Assembly: GCA_049860595.1 (NCBI GenBank)
Contig: CP187551.1
DNA length: 64,000 nucleotides
DNA from: Methanocaldococcus sp. 16A
GTDB taxonomy: Archaea; AGJL01; Methanococci; Methanococcales; Methanocaldococcaceae
Reading direction: 5' to 3' (one strand)
Below, one piece after another: positions 56,369 to 64,000 of this stretch. The notes beneath the pieces are model-generated. The model was not told the origin of the DNA. It saw only the letters and a list, made by a program, of their open reading frames with translations, and ran no database searches. A program made the translations under genes and the position numbers. Positions within the stretch are counted from its first letter, which is position 1, and each line of letters begins with the position of its first letter.

Positions 56369-57513
56369 ATTAATATATCAAAAACCTTCTCAGCTGTCTT
56401 AGAAGTTAATTCATAGATTGTTATAGCTACATCAGATATCTGTTTTAAGCTAACTGTTGGTTTTGTGTTTATGCATATAGAGTAAATTTTTATCTTTCTT
56501 TTCATCTTTTCTTCCCTAATTTTTTCTAAAAACTCTAAAGATATTTCGCACTCTCCATCTGTAATAAAAACAATATCACCATTAAATTTTAATGCCTCTC
56601 TCAATGGTTTTTCAAAATTAGTTCCACCACCATAAAATACAGAGGCAAATTCTAAAATTTCTTCAAAAGATACCTTTTTTTCATAAATCTTTATATCCCT
56701 AACACCATCGTCAAATAATATTGCTATATATCTCTTGTTTCTTTTTAAAGATATATCCATTAAGCAGAGAGCAATAGTCTTTGCCCAAATTTCTTTGTTC
56801 CCTCTCATAGAGCCACTTAAATCTAAACAAACTATGAAATCTCCACAGTTTTCATTATTTTCTAATATCTTATAATTTAAAAGTCTATTTTCATTGTATC
56901 TCCTTAACAAATCAATAAAAAGGGTTTCTTCAGCAAAGTTTCTATACTCTGAAGGGAGCAGATTTACCAAATTATTTCCAAAGTTTATTGAGTATTTTTC
57001 TCCTGAGAAGTGTTTAATTTTTGTTTTATACTTCTTTATGGTAATTCTTCTAAACTTCCCTAAAACTTTTACAAATTCTTTGAGTTTGTTGTTTTTTAAA
57101 AGCTTTTCAGTCAATTCTAATTTTTTCTTTGGGTCAGAATGGCTTTTATATCCTTTTCCTTGACCACAAGAGCTGAAAGATGATGTTATACTTTCCATAT
57201 AGCTTTCAAGCTCATCTAACAACTCATCTATATCTTCCTCTTTACATTTATCTTTAAATTCTTTAAATTTCTCACAAAAAAATTCAGTGGCAATTAATGA
57301 ATAATTTTCATCTAATGTAGTTATGGATTTTATATTTTTAAATCTTCTATCTCTTACAATTTTTTTAATTAAATCATTTTCTTCTAAAATTTCAATTTCA
57401 TATTTAAAGAATAGATAAAATATCATCTCTGTTTCTTTTTCACTTAGATGAAAAGTTATTTTATCTTTACACCTTTCCCAAACCATCTTGTCATACTTAT
57501 CATATCTAATCAT
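56365..57513 (-). CDS. VWA-domain protein (ViaA/CoxE-like)
   Basis: MIDAS DLSGS, GGTNF, FITDGE; LLPSE motif. Confidence 0.92.
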   Translation of the reverse strand: MIRYDKYDKMVWERCKDKITFHLSEKETEMIFYLFFKYEIEILEENDLIKKIVRDRRFKNIKSITTLDENYSLIATEFFCEKFKEFKDKCKEEDIDELLDELESYMESITSSFSSCGQGKGYKSHSDPKKKLELTEKLLKNNKLKEFVKVLGKFRRITIKKYKTKIKHFSGEKYSINFGNNLVNLLPSEYRNFAEETLFIDLLRRYNENRLLNYKILENNENCGDFIVCLDLSGSMRGNKEIWAKTIALCLMDISLKRNKRYIAILFDDGVRDIKIYEKKVSFEEILEFASVFYGGGTNFEKPLREALKFNGDIVFITDGECEISLEFLEKIREEKMKRKIKIYSICINTKPTVSLKQISDVAITIYELTSKTAEKVFDILI

Positions 57514-57593
57514 TTTTTCACCATAATACTAAATTTAAAATAAATCATAAAATATATATACTATTTTATATAAAAGTATTACACGGTGAGATT

Positions 57594-57935
57594 GTGGAAG
57601 TAAATCTTCTAAATATATCTATAAAGCCTCCTGTAAAAATCCCTAAGAATAGAACTGTAGAGCTAAATGTTGATTGGGACATTGAGTATAAAAAAATGGA
57701 CGCAAAAAAATTTAATTTTGTGTGTAATATTAAAGCCTATGGGGAGTTTTCTTTTGAAGCTTATATTGAAGGGGAAATAAATACTGAAAAAGATTATGAT
57801 ATCATTCCCGAATCTGTATCAGTAAGTATCATTGAGAATTTAATGAAATCTATTCCTAAGCTAATTGGCTATGCTCAACAATTTAGAATTGAAGAAAATG
57901 TTTTTGTTAATCAGCCCGTATCTTTTGCATCATAA
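57594..57935 (+). CDS. Hypothetical protein, possibly SecB-like fold
   Basis: GGTGAG RBS with GTG start; four beta-strand-like segments followed by a helix; fold is inference only. Confidence 0.65.
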   Translation: MEVNLLNISIKPPVKIPKNRTVELNVDWDIEYKKMDAKKFNFVCNIKAYGEFSFEAYIEGEINTEKDYDIIPESVSVSIIENLMKSIPKLIGYAQQFRIEENVFVNQPVSFAS

Positions 57936-58539
57936 ATACAGCTTTATCTCCAAAGTCTCTTAAAATTAGTGGGATGAACTCATAAATTAATTCTTTGTCA
58001 TATCTATAAAGCTCTTTTATTATATAAAGAGAATATTCATTAAAGTTCTCAAAAAGCTTTAATAGAATAGCCTCTTTATTGTCTGATTTCATTATTAACT
58101 TAACCAATACTTTGGCATAAACTTTGTTGTCTAATTTCTTTATAAGTTTTGGATATGCATAGATTGTTAATTTCGAAGGAATATTTGCTAAAGCTTCAGC
58201 ACTTGCAAATCTAATGCACTCAAACTCACTATCTAAGAGCTTTATTAAGTAAGGAATATAAACATAAACCAAATTTGGATATTTAATGCCAACCTTTTCT
58301 ATAATTTTTATGCAATAATAAATAATTTCTCTATTTTTTGAATCAGAAGTGTATTGAGTTGAGATTATATCCTCAAACCCCCTCTCTTTTGTTGATGTTA
58401 ATAATTCAAATACGTCATCAAGAATATTTAATTCAACCAACTCATCAACATCCATTTTGTATAATTCTTTTAAAACCTTTAATTTCTCCCTGTTTCCATA
58501 GTTTAATTTTAATTTCTTTCTATATTCTTCAGAGTTCAT
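57907..58539 (-). CDS. HEAT/ARM-like repeat protein
   Basis: IPYLIKLLDSEFECIRFASAEALANI; overlaps the upstream AAA gene. Confidence 0.8.
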   Translation of the reverse strand: MNSEEYRKKLKLNYGNREKLKVLKELYKMDVDELVELNILDDVFELLTSTKERGFEDIISTQYTSDSKNREIIYYCIKIIEKVGIKYPNLVYVYIPYLIKLLDSEFECIRFASAEALANIPSKLTIYAYPKLIKKLDNKVYAKVLVKLIMKSDNKEAILLKLFENFNEYSLYIIKELYRYDKELIYEFIPLILRDFGDKAVFMMQKIRAD

Positions 58540-59659
58540 TTAAAATCCCTTCAATATATGTGTTAAAATCATCCGTCTCTTTAATAACTTCATCAATAAA
58601 ATCAGTTTTTCTTTTGTTTATAATAGCTTCATTTCTAATTTTTTTCAACTCCAATCTTATATATGCCATTTTACAAAGGATTTCAATTAATTTGTTGTAA
58701 TCTTTTTTACATTCACCAATTTTCTTAATGTCGATGTATTTAAGTTCATTTTTAAGATTTTTAATTATCTCTGCCTTATCCAACACTTGTTCAGCATATT
58801 TGTTGGTTATATCAAATACTACTCTTGAAACAACCAATATATCATCTACATCCTCCCAAAATATATGCCTCAATATTTCTAAATCTTCAATTTCAGCCTC
58901 TTTTCTTCCATTTAGATAGGCAAAGCATTTAACTGCCTTAACTGATTTTTTAAATCTTCTATCTGAAATATAGATATGATTTTGAGATAACTTCTTCTTT
59001 ATATCAACTAAATATCCAATAATATTTTCTATATCAACCTCATTAGCTTTTTCTTGCATTTTTTTAAGTTCTTTTATAGTTATTGTGGTTTTTGGTTTAT
59101 ACTCTTCATCCAATTTAATGAGTTTTACCAAATTTTCACAGCTTCTAATACCTCTAACCACTTTTCTAAACAAAAATCTATCATAAAAAGCTAAGAGCTC
59201 ATTTTCTTCAGGGAGTTCATTTGAAGCTCCGAACAAGCTAATTAAAGGCACTCTCTCTATTCTATCCCCATTGTGATAAATCCTCTCATTAATTATTGAA
59301 AGCAAAGCGTTTAATATAGAGCTATTAGCTTTAAAAACTTCATCTAAGAATGCAATCTCTGCTGTTGGTAAATAACCAGATGTTTTTCTAACAAACCTAT
59401 CATTGTCTTTTAACTCTTTGATACTTAAAGGGCCAAATAACTCATCTTCGGTTGTAAATCTTGTTATAAGTTTTTCGAAATAATTGGCATTAATATGTGA
59501 GGCTATAGCCCTAATTAATTGTGATTTTGCAACTCCTGGATTTCCTAAAAAGACTGTATGTTCATTAGCTAAAATTGATGTCAATGCAATATCTATTTCT
59601 TCCCTCCTCTCTAAAAAATAAGAATTTAACTCTTCTCTTATTTTTTCAAGTTTATGCAT
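58529..59659 (-). CDS. MoxR-family AAA+ ATPase, RavA-like
   Basis: GNPGVAKS, ELFGP, GYLP, FLDEVFKANSSILNALL, ASNELP, YDRF, SDRR. Confidence 0.93.
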   Translation of the reverse strand: MHKLEKIREELNSYFLERREEIDIALTSILANEHTVFLGNPGVAKSQLIRAIASHINANYFEKLITRFTTEDELFGPLSIKELKDNDRFVRKTSGYLPTAEIAFLDEVFKANSSILNALLSIINERIYHNGDRIERVPLISLFGASNELPEENELLAFYDRFLFRKVVRGIRSCENLVKLIKLDEEYKPKTTITIKELKKMQEKANEVDIENIIGYLVDIKKKLSQNHIYISDRRFKKSVKAVKCFAYLNGRKEAEIEDLEILRHIFWEDVDDILVVSRVVFDITNKYAEQVLDKAEIIKNLKNELKYIDIKKIGECKKDYNKLIEILCKMAYIRLELKKIRNEAIINKRKTDFIDEVIKETDDFNTYIEGILNEL

Positions 59660-59668
59660 GATTTCACT

Positions 59669-60049
59669 CTAAATGCTAATTGTAGTTAGTTGAGCTAGTT
59701 CAACATTACTAATTCCTTTTAGTTTATTTACTAATTCTATTATTCTATTTCTTTGCCCTTTAATTGCTATTTTCCTAATAATTTTTCCTTCAAATGGAAT
59801 TTCGAGGGATACTATTACAATATCTCTATAATAGCTCTCTAACTCAATAATATCCTCAACAGCCTTTGAATTATATATAACAGTTATTTCTCCAATTTTT
59901 GATTCAATCCTACTAAGCCAGTCATATTTTTTTACATAATACTCTAAAGCTCTTCTTATAAATTCTGAACGAGATATTTTTTCCTTATTTATAATTTCAT
60001 CAACTTCTTTCAGTAGATTTTTTTCAATGGTTAATGAAATTCGTTCCAT
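59669..60049 (-). CDS. NikR-like ribbon-helix-helix regulator with ACT-like C-domain, lacking Ni ligands
   Basis: MERISLTI...SRSEFIR; NikR_C-like GEITVIY...IKG. Confidence 0.88.
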   Translation of the reverse strand: MERISLTIEKNLLKEVDEIINKEKISRSEFIRRALEYYVKKYDWLSRIESKIGEITVIYNSKAVEDIIELESYYRDIVIVSLEIPFEGKIIRKIAIKGQRNRIIELVNKLKGISNVELAQLTTISI

Positions 60050-60062
60050 AATATCACTTTTG

Positions 60063-60088
60063 TAATACTTATTTACAGGATAGTATTA
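60063..60088. promoter_or_regulatory. Candidate operator: TAATACT-N12-AGTATTA inverted repeat
   Basis: Perfect 7-bp arms 14 bp upstream of the RHH regulator start codon. Confidence 0.6.
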
Positions 60089-60229
60089 AAAGATGTATAA
60101 TATAAAAATATTACTATTAAAAATTAAGAATTAAAATATATAAAAATTAATATATATTCAAGTATTTGTTTTTAATAGTGTTTTTATGAATATTTTAATT
60201 TAAGATATAACTTCATATTAAAAACCAAA

Positions 60230-60246
60230 CCGAAAATATTATATAT
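60230..60246 (+). promoter_or_regulatory. BRE/TATA archaeal promoter oriented toward mrtB
   Basis: CCGAAAA immediately before TATTATATA, a typical strong methanococcal promoter; second candidate GAAAATTTTATATA at ~60511. Confidence 0.65.
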
Positions 60247-60360
60247 GATGAATTTTGTCATATAACGTATGCCATAGGAATCACTCCCACACAAATTTAG
60301 CAGGTTCAAGGAGGCAAAAGTTCTATGTATATATCGGGCTCACCTCTGTGAGGATTTATA

Positions 60361-60440
60361 ATGGGGCTTTCACAAGAATTAGTTAAAGAATTTAATGTAC
60401 TTTAGGCTTCTCAATCCTTTGAATAATCTATGAAATCTTT
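60361..60440. repeat. Degenerate family A element upstream of mrtB
   Basis: GGCTTTCACAAGAAT end; internal GAATTTAATGTACTTTAGGCTTCTCAATCC similar to 48781-48811. Confidence 0.65.
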
Positions 60441-60585
60441 TTAATTTTTTAATTTATTTATTTTAATATTATTATTTATATATTTTTTAGTAATTTTTAG
60501 GAAAAAAATAGAAAATTTTATATACTCATTACTATTATTTTTTGTAGTCGTAGTATAATATTAACAAAAATGGCTGGTGTTGATA

Positions 60586-61929
60586 ATGCTACATTATGAA
60601 GATAAAATAGATTTATATGATGAAAGAGGGAAGTTATTAGAGGAAAATGTTCCATTAGAAGCGATAAGTCCGTTAAAAAACCCAACAATTGAGAAGATAG
60701 TTAATGACATTAAGAGGAGTGTTGCTATAAACTTGGCAGGAATAGAAAATGCTTTAAGAACTGGAGCTATTGGGGGTAAGGCATGTTTCTGTCCTGGTAG
60801 AGAGTTGGATTTACCAATTGTAGAAAATGCAGAAATTATTGCTGAAAAAATAAAAAGAATAGTTCAAATTGATGAAGATGATGATACTGTTGTTAAGTTA
60901 ATCAACGGAGGTAAGCAGATACTCTTACAGTTGCCATCAAAAAGATTGAGAGTAGCTGCTGACTATACCGTTTCAGCACTAATTGGAGGAGGAGCAACAG
61001 TCCAAGCAATTGTTGATACTTTTGAAGTAGATATGTTCGATGCTCCAGTAGTTAAAACAGCAGTTATGGGAAGATATCCACAAACAGTTGATTTTCATGG
61101 GGCTAATATTGCTACTTTATTAGGGCCACCAGTTTTATTAGAAGGATTAGGTTATGGATTGAGAAATATTATGGCAAACCACATTGTAGCAGTTACAAGG
61201 AAAAAGACATTAAATGCTGTTGCTTTAGCGTCAATATTAGAGCAGACAGCAATGTTTGAAACTGGAGATGCTTTAGGGGCATTTGAGAGATTGCACTTAT
61301 TAGGATTAGCTTTCCAGGGATTAAATGCCAACAATTTAACTTATGAACTTGTAAAACAGAATGGGAAAAATGGAACTGTTGGAACTGTGGTAGCTTCAGT
61401 AGTTGAGAGAGCTTTAGAGGATGGAGTTATAAGACCTTTAAAAACTATGCCTTCTGGATACACAGTTTATGAACCAGTTGATTGGGCTTTATGGAATGCC
61501 TATGCTGCATCAGGTTTAGTTGCTGCGGTTATCGTTAATGTAGGTGCAGCAAGAGCTGCTCAAGGTGTAGCATCAACTGTCCTTTACTACAACGATATCT
61601 TAGAATATGAAACTGGTTTGCCAAGCGTTGATTTTGGAAGAGCAGAGGGAACAGCTGTTGGATTCTCATTCTTTAGTCACTCAATCTATGGTGGAGGAGG
61701 ACCTGGAACATTCCACGGAAACCACGTTGTTACAAGACACTCAAAAGGATTTGCTATCCCATGTGCTGCAGCTGCAATGTGTTTAGATGCTGGAACTCAA
61801 ATGTTCTCAGTTGAGAGAACTTCAGCGTTAGTAGGAACTGTCTATAGTGCTATTGACCACTTAAGAGAGCCGTTAAAATATGTTGCTGAGGGAGCTATGG
61901 AGATAAAAGAAAAAGAAAAAGTTATCTAA
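60586..61929 (+). CDS. mrtB: Methyl-coenzyme M reductase II beta subunit
   Basis: [39 protein letters not shown]; B-G-A order without mcrD/C. Confidence 0.95.
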   Translation: MLHYEDKIDLYDERGKLLEENVPLEAISPLKNPTIEKIVNDIKRSVAINLAGIENALRTGAIGGKACFCPGRELDLPIVENAEIIAEKIKRIVQIDEDDDTVVKLINGGKQILLQLPSKRLRVAADYTVSALIGGGATVQAIVDTFEVDMFDAPVVKTAVMGRYPQTVDFHGANIATLLGPPVLLEGLGYGLRNIMANHIVAVTRKKTLNAVALASILEQTAMFETGDALGAFERLHLLGLAFQGLNANNLTYELVKQNGKNGTVGTVVASVVERALEDGVIRPLKTMPSGYTVYEPVDWALWNAYAASGLVAAVIVNVGAARAAQGVASTVLYYNDILEYETGLPSVDFGRAEGTAVGFSFFSHSIYGGGGPGTFHGNHVVTRHSKGFAIPCAAAAMCLDAGTQMFSVERTSALVGTVYSAIDHLREPLKYVAEGAMEIKEKEKVI

Positions 61930-61940
61930 ATGGTGATTAG

Positions 61941-62741
61941 ATGGCATACAAACCACAATTTTATCCTGGAAATACAATAATTGCTGAAAATAGAAGAAAG
62001 CATATGAATCCTGATGTTGAGTTAAAGAAATTGAGAGATATTCCAGATGATGGAATAGTTAAGATATTAGGGCATAGAAACCCCGGTGAAAGCTATAAGA
62101 CAGTTCATCCACCATTAGAAGAGATGGACTTTGAAGAGGACCCAATTAAAGAGATTGTTGAACCAATTCAAGGAGCTAAGGAGGGAGTTAGAGTTAGATA
62201 CATTCAGTTTGCTGATTCTATGTATAACGCCCCGGCTCAACCTTATGATAGAGCAAGAACATATATGTGGAGATTTAGAGGGATTGATACAGGGACATTA
62301 TCTGGTAGGCAAGTCATTGAGATGAGAGAGCTTGACTTAGAAAAAATCTCAAAAAACTTTTTAATTGATACAGAATTCTTTGACCCAGCGACCTGTGGAA
62401 TTAGAGGAGCAACTGTCCATGGACACTCATTGAGGTTAGATGAGAATGGTTTAATGTTTGATGGTTTGCAGAGATACATCTATGATGAAAAGACTGGACA
62501 TGTTTTGTATGTTAAAGACCAGGTTGGAAGACCATTAGATGAGCCAGTAGATGTTGGAGAACCGTTACCACAAGATTATTTGGCAAAAATAACAACAATT
62601 TACAGAAAAGACAACATTGGAATGAGAGAAGATAAAGAGGCATTAGAAGTTGTTCAAATAATCCATGAGGCAAGAACAAAAGGAGGATTTGGTTTGGAAG
62701 TATTTAAAAAAGATTTGAAAAAGAGATTAGGTGAAGAATAA
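61941..62741 (+). CDS. mrtG: Methyl-coenzyme M reductase II gamma subunit
   Basis: [38 protein letters not shown]. Confidence 0.96.
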   Translation: MAYKPQFYPGNTIIAENRRKHMNPDVELKKLRDIPDDGIVKILGHRNPGESYKTVHPPLEEMDFEEDPIKEIVEPIQGAKEGVRVRYIQFADSMYNAPAQPYDRARTYMWRFRGIDTGTLSGRQVIEMRELDLEKISKNFLIDTEFFDPATCGIRGATVHGHSLRLDENGLMFDGLQRYIYDEKTGHVLYVKDQVGRPLDEPVDVGEPLPQDYLAKITTIYRKDNIGMREDKEALEVVQIIHEARTKGGFGLEVFKKDLKKRLGEE

Positions 62742-64000
62742 TGGATGTTGAGAAAAAACTCTTTCTAAAGGCATTAAAGGAGAAGTTTGAAGAAGACCCA
62801 AAAGAAAAATACACTAAATTTTATATATTTGGAGGATGGAGACAATCAGCAAGGAAAAGAGAGTTTGTTGAATTTGCTCAAAAGTTAATTGAGAAAAGAG
62901 GAGGAATTCCATTCTACAACCCAGATATTGGGGTTCCATTAGGGCAGAGAAAGTTGATGACATACAAGATATCAGGAACTGATGCTTTTGTTGAAGGGGA
63001 TGACTTACATTTCTGTAACAACGCAGCAATACAACAGTTAGTTGATGATATTAAAAGAACAGTTATTGTTGGTATGGACACAGCCCACGCTGTTCTCGAA
63101 AAAAGATTAGGTGTAGAGGTTACCCCAGAGACAATTAACGAATACATGGAGACTATTAACCACGCTTTACCAGGAGGGGCTGTTGTCCAAGAGCACATGG
63201 TTGAGGTCCATCCTGGTTTAGTTTGGGATTGTTATGCCAAGATATTTACAGGAAATGATGAATTGGCTGATGAGATTGATAAAAGGTTTTTAATTGACAT
63301 AAATAAAGAATTCCCTGAAGAACAGGCAGAGATGTTAAAGAAATACATTGGAAATAGAACATATCAAGTAAGTAGAGTTCCTACAATAGTTGTTAGATGC
63401 TGTGATGGAGGGACTGTTGCAAGATGGAGTGCTATGCAGATAGGTATGAGTTTCATTACTGCCTATAAATTATGTGCTGGAGAGGCTGCTATCGCTGATT
63501 TCTCTTATGCAGCTAAGCACGCTGATGTTATCCAAATGGGAACAATATTGCCAGCAAGAAGAGCAAGAGGGCCAAATGAGCCGGGAGGAGTTCCATTTGG
63601 AATATTCGCTGATATAATACAAACATCAAGGGTTAGTGATGACCCAGCTCAAGTGACATTAGAGGTTATTGGTGCAGCAGCAACATTCTATGACCAAGTT
63701 TGGTTAGGAAGCTACATGTCTGGAGGAGTAGGATTCACTCAATATGCATCAGCAACATACACAGATGATATCTTAGACGATTTCGTTTATTATGGATTAG
63801 ACTATGTTGAAAAGAAGTATGGATTGTGTGGGGTAAAGCCAAGTATGGATGTTGTTAAGGATATAGCGACAGAAGTAACTTTATACGGTTTAGAACAGTA
63901 TGATGAGTATCCTGCCTTATTAGAAGACCACTTTGGTGGCTCTCAAAGAGCAGGAGTTACAGCAGCTGCAGCTGGATGTTCAGTAGCTTTTGCTACAGGA
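62741..64000 (+). CDS. mrtA: Methyl-coenzyme M reductase II alpha subunit (partial, runs off window)
   Basis: ATG overlaps the mrtG stop; [20 protein letters not shown]..., [38 protein letters not shown]. Confidence 0.96.
   Translation, partial: MDVEKKLFLKALKEKFEEDPKEKYTKFYIFGGWRQSARKREFVEFAQKLIEKRGGIPFYNPDIGVPLGQRKLMTYKISGTDAFVEGDDLHFCNNAAIQQLVDDIKRTVIVGMDTAHAVLEKRLGVEVTPETINEYMETINHALPGGAVVQEHMVEVHPGLVWDCYAKIFTGNDELADEIDKRFLIDINKEFPEEQAEMLKKYIGNRTYQVSRVPTIVVRCCDGGTVARWSAMQIGMSFITAYKLCAGEAAIADFSYAAKHADVIQMGTILPARRARGPNEPGGVPFGIFADIIQTSRVSDDPAQVTLEVIGAAATFYDQVWLGSYMSGGVGFTQYASATYTDDILDDFVYYGLDYVEKKYGLCGVKPSMDVVKDIATEVTLYGLEQYDEYPALLEDHFGGSQRAGVTAAAAGCSVAFATG

Noticed and set aside
60349-60405. 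Sec read-through of the mini-ORF upstream of mrtB
   Set aside because: The extension runs into a repeat element, with no redox motif or SECIS seen
60586-64000. Absence of mrtD between mrtB and mrtG as a defect
   Set aside because: It matches the arrangement recalled for M. jannaschii, where mrtD is encoded elsewhere

Overview
AT-rich archaeal chromosome segment from a Methanocaldococcus-type hyperthermophilic methanogen. From recall of M. jannaschii gene order (not checked by search), it joins three blocks resembling MJ1444-MJ1421, MJ1641-MJ1627 and MJ0054-MJ0083. It is mostly housekeeping: fen, cobN-like chelatase, aroK, cobS, hfq, cofH, hisI, RFAP synthase, comC, endA, cfbD, rfcS, cbiA/cfbB, trmY, mch, mptE, glgP, polC (DP2), ribB/ribK, nhaP, amt/glnK, argB and the start of the MCR II operon mrtBGA. 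No tRNA, rRNA, CRISPR array or transposase was seen. Non-coding content includes a dual-guide C/D-box sRNA whose guides match 23S rRNA domain IV, an NrpR operator, and about 11 copies of two palindromic MITE-like repeat families. The most notable observations are: (1) a NikR paralog lacking Ni ligands heads a MoxR/RavA ATPase-HEAT-VWA cluster divergent from mrtBGA; (2) a repeat end supplies the last Fe-S cysteine of an endonuclease III-like gene; (3) rare synonymous codons cluster at empty intein sites in rfcS and polC; (4) the cobN tail is frameshifted; (5) three apparent accessory insertions occur: a P-type ATPase with an atypical ion site, a pentapeptide-repeat membrane protein and a PIP-CTERM-like surface protein.
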